NCBI RefSeq assembly: GCF_000400465.1
Contig: NW_008806302.1
Coordinates: 41,419 to 73,418, forward strand
Origin: Wallemia ichthyophaga EXF-994
Lineage: Eukaryota; Fungi; Basidiomycota
Length of the DNA stretch: 32,000 bases
Direction of reading: 5' to 3'
Below the pieces are notes generated by a model. It searched no databases and was not told the origin of the DNA. It worked only from the letters and a program-made list of their open reading frames with translations. A program made the translations under genes and the position numbers. How positions within the stretch are numbered: position 1 is the first letter of the stretch; each line of letters starts with the position of its first letter. Positions 1 to 9,061 of this stretch are shown here, piece after piece.

Positions 1-1010
1 GGTGAATGGCTAAACCCCTTGATTTGGATGAATAGGGGTAAATCTGTAGGAAGTTTGGTGAGATAGTCATACACCTCACCGCTATCCAGCAGTCCACCGC
101 GCCATTGATGTAGAGCAAGATCCATCGGTATGCCTTCTTCCTCGCTTTCTGGCGGACGGTACTCATCGATCATCCTTCTAACTCTGCTGTTGTATCGCAG
201 TTCGCTGAATCTGAGTAATGTTATGTTCAGCCATAAAAATGCCTCTCCTATGCTGCCTTTGAATGACGGTACGGCGACGTTGTTGAGGTAGTATCGGAGA
301 TACTTGGCCTGCTGTGCGCGCTCAAGCAGTCTTCTCGAAGTCGCTAACGCAGGCAGCTTAGGCAATCTCCCAATGAGCTTTATGTTGTTTATATCAGTGT
401 GTATTTTGTAATAGTCTTCGCCTCTAACTATCCGACCTTCCCTATTAGTGTAAAAGTTATTTAACGATTTGCTGGCATTGACGTGCATTTCGAGATCCAT
501 AGTGCGCGGGTGCCGCGCTAGGCAGTAGTTGTCGATGCGCTTATTGAATGATATTATTCTGTCGTATTGGTGAGGGTATCGCAGCGTGTCGATAAGCTTT
601 TCCTTCAGCTCGTAGTATGTGAACTCGCACAGCGGCAGCGCTGCGTCTGAAGTAGTTAATATGTTCACTTCTGAAATGAAATCGAGTCTGAATTTTATCT
701 TGGAAAGGTCCTGCACTAAGTACTCTATTGTGTTCATGTTTGAGTGTTTCCTGGTGAGAACTAACTGACGTTTGCCGCTCTCGATCGATCGTTTCCCCGT
801 ATAGCTGATGTTGTATCTCGATCACGCATCAATTTTCCCCTGCTTATCCGCAGCTGGGCTTCTTGAGTGGAGTAAATCCGAGGACGCAGGAATTCCTCCT
901 AATTCCTTGATTGCTCTCAGTACAGCTTGGTGGGGGGAAAATAAGATTCAGGGGCACTGCTGATGCTGTCCGCACACCCTTCGCAACCCTCGAATCGCAG
1001 CTGTCAGCAT
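1..1010 (-). CDS. Hypothetical protein, partial (runs off the window start); 5' exon structure uncertain
   Basis: Stop-free minus-strand frame from 750 to the window edge (about 250 codons: KHSNMNTIEYLVQDLSKIKFRLDF...RIDNYCLARHPR...IQIKGFSHS). It is preceded by a probable intron 751-825 (GTGATC...CTCACCAG). A candidate start MLTAAIRGLRR at 1010 resembles a mitochondrial presequence. No family recognised. Confidence 0.65.
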
Positions 1011-1404
1011 CTTCGGCTTCTTTATCCTTTAAATAGCTATCGAATTTTGAAAAGACTGGATGCTTTGAGTCTTTAGGTTTATGAGCTTCTTCACTTGTCT
1101 TATTTCCTCACGATCCCTTTTCAAACAAGACGCGCGACGCGCCTTGTCAATTTTAAGCGAACAAGACTCGTAGCCGATGGCAAAAATGAAACACAGTCAT
1201 AAAATAAAGTACATAATTAACTTATCTCAACAAATTGTTTTTCAATTATTGTGATATCTCCACAAAAGTTTTGTAGCACTAGTGGTATTTCGATTATATA
1301 AGACACGTCATGGGAAGAGTAGAATTTTATCAAAAAGAAAAAGCTTCTTTAATATCCTGTCTTCTGAAACTATGACGCGACCTTACTTGATTCTTTTCCC
1401 TCAT

Positions 1405-1736
1405 CATTTAGTTGCTATAAATGCACCTAATGAAGCCAAAACACCGATTTCAGAGTGGATTTGACCCCACTTTCCTTTACAGTAAACAGTTTTACAAGGC
1501 TTATAATGAATTAAAGTTGTCTTACTTTTCCTCTGGGGTCAGGGTTAAGAGCTGGATACACCGCGCGTCGGAAATACATTACGTGATTTGAGCGCAGTGT
1601 ACTTAAGATATATGGAAGCTTGTGGTTTCTAAAAGCCCGATAAGTAATTAGCATCAATGAAGTGTGTGATACTCTCCGTATGTCTTATGTTGCGTGCGAA
1701 CTTCCGAGCAGCGTTTAGAGGGCGATAGGAAGCCAT
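1405..1736 (-). CDS. Possible small spliced hypothetical protein (about 65-70 aa)
   Basis: Manual model MASYRPLNAARK|NHKLPYILSTLRSNHVMYFRRAVYPALNPDPRGK|WGQIHSEIGVLASLGAFIATK*, using GTTCGC..GCTAAT..TAG and GTAAGA..AAG introns. No homology recognised and coordinates are approximate. Confidence 0.25.
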
Positions 1737-1996
1737 GGTAGATAAAACAAGCCAAAAGTACAAATCAAAATTTGGGCTATCAATTGAGCTCTTTTGTTTG
1801 AAGAATTTCCATTTAGGCAGACGGAAAATTTAACTCTGTGAATACTGGGCATGAGATAGAAATTCGAACAGATCTGAAATGATTGAGAGTTCACAAAGTA
1901 ATAATGCGTCAAAAATTACTCTTTAACACCAAAATTTAATTCACCTTCATACCTCGGCAATCTCTGCCCGCACTAACGCTAGGGTTACTTTGAGCA

Positions 1997-2003
1997 TATA
2001 AAA
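1997..2003 (+). promoter_or_regulatory. TATA box of U2 gene copy 1
   Basis: TATAAAA about 30 nt upstream of the U2 5' end; retained in both copies. Confidence 0.7.
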
Positions 2004-2029
2004 GCGGCCTCTCTTCATCCTTAATCCTC

Positions 2030-2211
2030 ATCCTCTCTGGCCTTTTGGCTTAGATCAAGTGTAGTATCTGTTCTTCCAAGTTCGAACAACTTGGATCGCA
2101 TAACTTATGCGACAAACGTTCGATCTAATTTTTATCTGCGTCCACTCACCCTCACTGCTTGCATAGGGTAAGTGGAAGATGGCCTTGTGTTGCACTACCG
2201 TTTGTGCCGTC
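2030..2211 (+). ncRNA. U2: U2 spliceosomal snRNA, copy 1
   Basis: Hallmark U2 5' sequence ATCCTCTCTGGCCTTTTGGCTTAGATCAAGTGTAGTATCTGTTCTT with branch-point-pairing GTAGTA (2061-2066). Stem IIa CCAAGT/ACTTGG, IIb TCGCATA/TATGCGA, IIc complement GTTCGA (2118-2123), Sm-like AATTTTTAT (2127-2135), stem III, and stem IV GATGGC/GCCGTC with loop GTTGCACT. Length about 182 nt; the 3' end is approximate. Confidence 0.97.
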
Positions 2212-2446
2212 AGCGCACATTTATACTCCAACCCCATCACACATTTTAGCATGTCTCTGCTATTCTCACATAGCACTGACTTGTCGAAAGTTGTGAATTA
2301 CCTACTATGGCGCCTAGATACTATGAGACGGACGTAAATTCAATTAAATTGACACCAAAGATGTTGTAAGATCATTATCAAATGTATTTAGTAAAAGAAA
2401 TACACAATTATCCGTTTTTATTGCGTATTCGGTGCCTCCAGCGAGC

Positions 2447-3112
2447 CTAACAGACGGAAGTTGCTGCTCCGATGTCCTCCTCACGAGAGCCAGCGCCTCT
2501 GCTTTCACAACAGTCAACCATGCCTCCTGTGTTAATGCCGTTCACCTTTCCGGATGGTTAGAATGGTTTATTAGCTATCAAGGGCCATAACTTACGACTT
2601 TATAGATTGTCAGAGTGGTTCTCTGCAAAGCTAAGCCCAAACTTACGGACTGCAGATGTCAGAATCATCACTAAGCAAATAAAATGCTTACTTACGACTA
2701 ATTGAGTTAGAGCGTTTTGCAAGCAAATTAAACCCCAAACTCAGGGATACATTGATGGAACACTTCCTGATTTTAGTTAGTGAGTTAAGTCTAATCTTAA
2801 ATAGCAAGTACACACATCAAAGCGTGTGTTTTGATTGACGGCTGCACAGCAATCCTTAGTGACTAGAAAAGACAATTTTCATCAGCTATGATTCACATAT
2901 CGACCCAACGTACTTTGTCTTTCGACGCTGAATTATATGTTAGAAGGTGCTAATCAGTATGAAAAATTCTTACCAGCCGCCACCGCCCGTGCAGACCTAA
3001 TTATCAATTGGAAATGCTCAGAAGATCATACCGAACTCACCTCAGCTGGGCCACCAGCCGCGACGAGAGTGACGGTTGAGAGAAGAGCTGAAACAGTGAT
3101 GAGCTTGAACAT
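2447..3112 (-). CDS. Small secreted cysteine-rich protein (95 aa, 8 Cys, 9 exons including 2/3/2-nt microexons); KP6-like fold inferred
   Basis: Exons 3112-3041, 2996-2974, 2927-2914, 2862-2816, 2766-2741, 2697-2696, 2649-2647, 2597-2596, 2545-2447 sum to 288 nt. Translation: MFKLITVSALLSTVTLVAAGGPAEVCTGGGGCVERQITKDCCAAVNQNTRFDEVFHQCIPDLLVNGINTGGMVDCCESRGAGSREEDIGAATSVC*. All introns are GT-AG, 43-51 nt; the intron-5 donor GTTTGG is weak. Signal peptide present, TATAAAA about 50 nt upstream, and the paralog at 4569-5057 supports the frames. Confidence 0.8.
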
Positions 3113-4006
3113 TGTTGGTAGAATTGAGATGTTTTGAAAAGAGAATATAAAGACAGATTTTATACGTTAGAGAAGCTCGGAAGTTCCTAGCTTTTTAATT
3201 GCGATATATACTGATTCATTCCTCTGCATAATTATAGATTTCGTATAACTTCCGACATTTAGGCGAGGCGAGGGTGTAGCAATATGGGCGCATTAGCACC
3301 TCAAAATACACTTTCAGTGATTACTAGATAGTCGAAAAGTACAGAAACCATCTTCAAGGCTGCTTGCTTATTCAACTTACGACTAGATTAGACATAACTC
3401 GGATTTTAAGCGACACAAGATTGTTCCTAAGTCAAAAGAACGCGGAGAAAGAATGGCTGTAAGCATGCCAATTTGCGAATACTTGTGATTATTGAGAAGA
3501 CTTAATGCATTTTCACCTTAAAAGTGAGACTAAAGAAACAACCAGAACAATTATTTTTACATTTTGGATTATTCAAAGCCAAAATTTCCACTTTCGCTGC
3601 ATCTTGACAATCTATCGCTAGGTTAGTGCAGGAGTATTCAGTCAGGCAGTATATTTGAAAAAAAAAGTTCGAGGCTTCGTCGCTTTTTGAACTGCATCTA
3701 TTCTATCCAAACTTCCTGTGATGTGACAAAAGCATCACGATATCCAAAGATTTGACTCGTAGCTGATGTGATTTTGTAACACAATAGTGCTGCATACTCT
3801 AAATTCCCTAAAACGATATCCGGTCAATTTAATGAGCCGAAGCGAGATGAGATCAGTAGTTAATATTTGAAATTAGTTATGTATTCATTATGAATGTTAC
3901 GACTGTCTTTAGAACTGCACGACTAAGCTGATCAGCAATCAAGCCTATTCATCTGAAGATCTATTAAATCCAATCAAATATTGTAGTCAGTAGCACAAGT
4001 AGAAAG

Positions 4007-4430
4007 ATGGATAGTAAGTTCAGTCTTTATGACACCAAAGAGCATCCGAAAAAGCTTTTGAGGATGTGCGCCGCCAGGCAGATCTTGGTACTCTCATCGT
4101 GCACTATGTTCTCATCCCCTGGCAAAATTCTGACAGATCACCTCAAGTGTGTAAATTGCTGGTTTAAGTTGACACTCAAAGTTAAGCATGGACATCAACT
4201 AATCTTATTGCCATCTCGAAATATGATTGTTGAAGGAAAACCTTCTTGTACAAGTGCTCAATAGTAAGGATTTTTGTGTGAGTGTGATTTTCCGCTTTCG
4301 CAAATCAGCTTGCAACTGACTTTAACTATCTCATTCTTTTGCACAAGATCTTTTCGGACATGAAATTGCTACCCTTCCTCGACAGTACAAGAGATCTTCT
4401 GAAGATGATCATACTAAGGCAAATGTAAAC
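4007..4430 (+). CDS. Possible small multi-exon hypothetical gene
   Basis: ATG GAT A|GTAAGT donor, a coding-like stretch (TFEDVRRQADLGTLIVHYVLIPWQNSDRSPQ) and a later GTGAGT..CTGAC..CAAG intron. No unique model could be built; end approximate. Confidence 0.2.
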
Positions 4431-4568
4431 ATTGGGCGCTTGGTTTTTACCTGATCACGTGTTTTTTCTTCGAAATTATGATAGATTTGAGTCGTGTAAA
4501 GATAATTATACAATTGATTCCGCTTGAGATATCCTCGTCTATCTCTTTATTGGTTAAAACTAGCAAGC

Positions 4569-5057
4569 TTAACAGGTTGGGTTATCAGCTCCAAAGCTTT
4601 CTGCGCTGCTACCGGCGCCTCTGCTTTCGCAGCAGCTGACCATTGCGCCGGTATCGACAGAGTTGACGCCATATCTTTCAGTCGCTGTGAGAATGTCTTG
4701 TTGCTGCTAGTAAAAGTAAGATTCACGGTACACATTGGTTCAAACGCTCGTCGAACCTTGCTGATTGATCTTGCGTGAGAGTTAAAATCATGTCTTAATG
4801 TGTTCAAAGGCTTGCTTACCAACTTCAGCGCATCAATCCTTAGTGACTAGAAGGAGAAATTTCCATCAGCAAACATTGTCAATTTTGAGTAAACTTACTT
4901 TGATACTCAGTGCTAAGCACGTGTAAGTTAGCATGGTCTCTTGATTCAGCATGTTAAACATCTACCATCCGCCTGAATCTGTGCAGATTTCTGAACCGCC
5001 AGCCGCAATGATTGCAAGTGCTGAAAGAAGAGCTGAAAGAGTAGCGATTTTGTACAT
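4569..5057 (-). pseudogene. Paralog of the 2447-3112 secreted Cys-rich gene with one in-frame TGA at a conserved Cys
   Basis: Exons 5057-4966, 4912-4899, 4846-4820, 4769-4727, 4674-4569 give MYKIATLSALLSALAIIAAGGSEICTDSGGCTEYQITKD*CAEVDQSARFDERLNQCVPYGVNSVDTGAMVSCCESRGAGSSAESFGADNPTC*. TGA at 4835-4833 aligns with TGC in KDCC. Plausible GT-AG splice sites throughout; TATAAAA upstream. Confidence 0.8.
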
Positions 5058-5736
5058 TGTTAGATTGCTTGTGATGTATGAGGAAATAAACGTGAGAAGG
5101 CGTGGGTTTTATACTACAAAAGATTAGTTTGAGTGACTCTGAGTAGTTGTAAATAATTTACGCACAATTAATTGAAACAATTCACCGAATTCAACGATAT
5201 GTTGCACAGTCGGTTCTGAAGCGACATTTGCATAATTTGTACTGGTGATAGAAAAACGGAATAAATTAATTCAATCCTCAAATTCACTATGAGCTTTTCA
5301 ATTTTATTAAGCCCTCCAGCGTGCTCTAAGAACGCTACCGCAGGGCTCGGAATTTTTAGAACCGTGGGGAACTCTGCGTAAATAAACGCATGAACATCGC
5401 GGAAGCTTTCAAAAAGCTCCGAAAAAAGTTCCAGTCACAGTCTAGAAGCTGTTATGCATGTATTCAAGCTAAATCGTCTATTCTAAAGGGCTTTGAGGGC
5501 ACAAATGATCTTCCCGTTAGCAGAAGGACGGAATGATCCTCCGAGTCAATTGCTGACGAGAGTGCATAGCAAAATTTTTAAAGACTAGCTGTGCTGTAGC
5601 GCAGTACGTGATGCTAATTTGCTTTGATAATAGCGTTACAATACATCGCACATAGCGGCACTCCACACACAAATCCCAAGAGCTCGTTGATTCATTGTAG
5701 AATTGCAAAGTGGCGTTGTCGGCATATGGGCTGACT

Positions 5737-6129
5737 CAAACATGATTCTGAGCTTCGCCTTTAATTTCCTGGATTTTGTAAGTGAGACACATGTCAACGC
5801 CACTCTAGACCCACCTTGGCAGTACCCTTTGCATCTGTAGAGCAATAGCCAGCAACAGACCCGATGTCTGATTCGCCCTTGCTTTGGCCTTTTCGGAGGT
5901 GCCTTCAGCTGTAGTCTTGGCTTCAGAGGCCTTCTGCTCTGACGTTTACTGGAGTGTGGAATGTGATTATACTAAACCGCACCTTATATAAATTAAACTT
6001 GGCTTGTTCCTTGATTTCTTCATTCGACTTAGACGAATCGGTGCCGAGAGTGTAGTTGACGAGGTCTTTGCCTTTGAGAATGCCACCAGAATGCGATTGT
6101 GGGTTTGATTCTGAGCTCATGATTTTCAT
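5737..6129 (-). pseudogene. Small hydrophilic LEA-like protein gene with a -1 frameshift near 5880
   Basis: Exon 1 MSSESNPQ...EQAKFNLYK, intron 5982-5934, exon 2 KASEAKTTAEGTSEKAKA / KGESDIGSVAGYCSTDAKGTAK (frames differ by one base at GCAAGGG), intron GTGGGT..CCAG, then EIKGEAQNHV*. K/A/E/G/T-rich AKG/KGEA motifs resemble fungal LEA-like proteins. An assembly indel is possible. Confidence 0.55.
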
Positions 6130-6613
6130 GGGTAGGGATGTGTATGGCTGCGTGTGAACTGTACCAGCCTGCCAATTGGTTGGAATTTTTCACAAACCCA
6201 ACCAGAATGGAAGTGGAGCAAACTGTATTATCACATTATATTTGAATGAAACTATGCCATCATATTGACAATCTCTATTCCTCTAGAAGAATATTCTTTT
6301 ACTGGAAGTATCTTTTGTTTGTCGGAGTAAACAGCCCTTGCTAGCTGATAAACACACTCTGCTTCATTAGTATGTAGAGCAGACTTTTAGCGTCTTTTAT
6401 TTCTTTGATGATGTTACTCCGCTTTCTATCTCTTTGATGATATTGCTCGGTGATTCAGATTGGAATGTATGACGAGACTAAAAATAGCTAGTCCATGGAT
6501 GAAAAATAACACCATAAAACTGGAGCATTCAGTTTATTCAATTTCAATGCATATTCATTCTTGATCCCCTCTACAATATCACAACCGCACTAACGCTAGG
6601 GTTACTTTGAGCA

Positions 6614-6620
6614 TATAAAA
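6614..6620 (+). promoter_or_regulatory. TATA box of U2 gene copy 2
   Basis: TATAAAA at the same position as in copy 1. Confidence 0.7.
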
Positions 6621-6646
6621 GCGGCCTCTCTTCATCCTTAATCCTC

Positions 6647-6828
6647 ATCCTCTCTGGCCTTTTGGCTTAGATCAAGTGTAGTATCTGTTCTTCCAAGTTC
6701 GAACAACTTGGATCGCATAACTTATGCGACAAACGTTCGATCTAATTTTTATCTGCGTCCACTCACCCTCACTGCTTGCATAGGGTAAGTGGAAGATGGC
6801 CTTGTGTTGCACTACCGCTTGTGCCGTC
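6647..6828 (+). ncRNA. U2: U2 spliceosomal snRNA, copy 2
   Basis: Same sequence and structure as copy 1; the single difference (6818) lies in the unpaired internal-loop part of stem-loop IV. Confidence 0.97.
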
Positions 6829-8447
6829 AGCGCACATTTATACTCCAACCCCATCACACATTTTAGCATGTCTCTGCTATTCTCACATAGCACTGACTTG
6901 TCGAAAGTTGTGATCTATGTGGCTCATGCATGATTGTTCCTTGATACCCTCTTACGAGATCCATGTGGTTGAGAATATCCCGATATAATTGATATTAGTA
7001 TTGGCTGCCAACACCTCGAAGGGTATTCTGTGCAGCAACCTTACTCCCTATCTAGATGATCGTACTCAAGTATTGGAACAGACTTGCTCATCAGCAAGCG
7101 AACTCTAGCTATCGCCGCAGTGGTCTGGCAGATGCTTTATAAATATCTGCTTCTCATGCTTGTTGAGTAGCTAGCTGGTCAGGCAGGCGTTGATATATGT
7201 TGAAAGGCACACCAGGACTAATGATAAAACGGAGTTGATGTGCACTCCAGATATGTTGAATCAACCATACAATTCTCACTCCCGCCTGCAACCAGCTCAG
7301 CTATTTCTGCGAATGCGAATGCTAATCTGGGATTGTCGAACAGTTTGAACGCGCCCGCACAGCTCAGATGGATCAGCTTGAGTCGTTTTGAATCGCCTCT
7401 AATTGAACAGAAGTAGACGGTGGCTTTCACCTACAGCGAAATGCGACTCAAGTTTCTTTAGGTTAGCGCATGAGGGTTGCTGGTGAATTGTGGATCGTGG
7501 ATAGTACAATGGACATGGCTGTGTGAATACAAGTGGTTCAACCAACTCCCTCACTATCGTTGTTGTTTGCTTCATGCAGTGCGTCGAGAGGCTATTCAAG
7601 CACAATACGCCCACAACGATCACCGCTAATGAGTGATCATGATGATCCACTTGATTATAAAGAATCAGTGTTTAAATATAGAAAAAGCAGGTACTGGAGA
7701 GTATCCATCAGAGTGCCGGACTTGGAGAGCTGCAATTGGAGAACTGCTAGAGGAATGCTAGAGAGACAGCTGCATTCATCCATAATATCCGACATCCACA
7801 CACGCATATTCCGATTATCTTCCGTGTTCTTCGGAGGATGCAAATCAGATCATTTAAGTTACTTTTGACACCTTTACACATTAAAAACGCAAAATTTAAG
7901 CACATTACCATCGGATTACCCTTTTTTCAATGTCACAACTGGTGATTACCGATGCTGTCCTCCGTAAAATTTCCAGGAACGTTGGATGACTGTGGATGAC
8001 AGGTGTGTGTCGATGGATTTAATGACGTGCGTGCTAGTGATTTGCGGTGCATGAGACAATTTAAGAGAGCGAGTGTGATAGCTTGCGCTTCTCGATTTCT
8101 GTTTCTGAGACTGCCTTTGTGAAACAGGGTAACGCGGAAACTAACGCGTGACTGCGCAGGCTGAATATTTTCAAAATTTCCATTTTACAGCAAACACCGC
8201 AGCAGACCAACACACATCTGACACAACCTTGTTACCTCGTCTCACCAACGTTTCACCTCATCTCGGTACCTTAGTCCCTGGCAGATATCGCTTGCTAATA
8301 TTTAACCGGACCATCTCATCTGATAGCGAGCGCGGCAGACGACGTCTTTCTTTCAGTCCATCCGAAGCGAAATTAAACCTAAATAAATCAAATTAATCCG
8401 CTCACACGCACGCACACGCATAAACATAAGCATAAGCACACCAACGC

Positions 8448-8984
8448 ATGATGAAATTGGTTAGCAGGAGCAGCACTAGCACCACTCTATCGGAAATAAT
8501 GGGACAGCGCAGCAAGCGGGATCAGTTTGTAGTCTACCTGCGGGAGAAAGAGAAAAGCATAGAGAATTTGAATGTGAGTGGAGCAGTATGCACTCCACAC
8601 ATTCCACTAACAAAGTCACAGTTCGTATTGTGGTACGAGGATTATAGCATTCGCTTTCAGTATACCCCACCCGCACAGCAACGCAGGGAGATTGAAAGCA
8701 TCATCGAAACTTATTTTGATAGTCGGTCCATCTCCGAAGTAAATATCGACCAAGAGCGTAAGTTAGATTCACTTAATCAAGTACGCCAGTGTTTTGAATC
8801 GAATGCATCGATACCGCCGAGGGTTTTCGAGAACATCTACCGCATCTGCCTCAATCTCCTCGAAACTAGCAGCATACCTGCCTTCCTCAGTTATCGCAAA
8901 GCAGAGCGAATGTCATTTCGCACAATTCTCGGTTTGAGAGAGACTTACTCGATAAGTCGCTCATCCAGCAGCTCGACTAGCTAA
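8448..8984 (+). CDS. RGS (regulator of G-protein signalling) domain protein
   Basis: Removing the in-frame 48-nt intron 8574-8621 (GTGAGT..CTAAC..CAG) gives FVVYLREKEKSIENLN|FVLWYEDY...IIETYF...SEVNID...VFENIYRICLNLLETSSIPAFL, matching the RGS fold motifs. Confidence 0.85.
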   Translation: MMKLVSRSSTSTTLSEIMGQRSKRDQFVVYLREKEKSIENLNVSGAVCTPHIPLTKSQFVLWYEDYSIRFQYTPPAQQRREIESIIETYFDSRSISEVNIDQERKLDSLNQVRQCFESNASIPPRVFENIYRICLNLLETSSIPAFLSYRKAERMSFRTILGLRETYSISRSSSSSTS

Positions 8985-9061
8985 TTCATAGATATAGACT
9001 TGATAGATTTACATATAGATATACAACATGTACCCAACGCACAGATTCCCATTTATTGCAT

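Larger units (their letters stand above)
1968..2296 (+). repeat. 329-bp direct repeat, copy 1 (carries U2 snRNA gene with flanks)
   Basis: Identical to 6585-6913 except T2201 vs C6818; offset 4617 bp. Confidence 0.97.
6585..6913 (+). repeat. 329-bp direct repeat, copy 2
   Basis: Matches 1968-2296 with one substitution. Confidence 0.97.

Noticed and set aside
2055-2276. 73-aa minus-strand ORF (and its twin at 6672-6893)
   Set aside because: It is antisense to U2 snRNA, and its identity between copies simply reflects the duplication.
3370-3925. Extra AG|TC|GT motifs on the minus strand at about 3380, 3900 and 3920
   Set aside because: They resemble the microexons, but I could not place them in any frame or between properly spaced introns. 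They lie upstream of the gene's TATA box and are likely chance.
5390-5536. 48-codon ORF MNIAEAFKKLRKK.. resembling bHLH helix 1
   Set aside because: No basic region or helix 2, too short, and no splice support.
1968-6913. The 329-bp direct repeats as LTRs of a retrotransposon
   Set aside because: The repeat is a U2 gene with flanks. It lacks TG..CA ends, PBS/PPT and a TSD, and there is no gag/pol sequence between the copies.
6914-7870. Long minus-strand frame with scattered stops suggesting a pseudogene interrupted by U2 copy 2
   Set aside because: About 5 stops in about 105 codons is what random sequence gives, and no homology was recognised.
8402-8445. CACG/CATAAG low-complexity tract
   Set aside because: Short degenerate simple sequence in a 5' UTR, with no regular unit.
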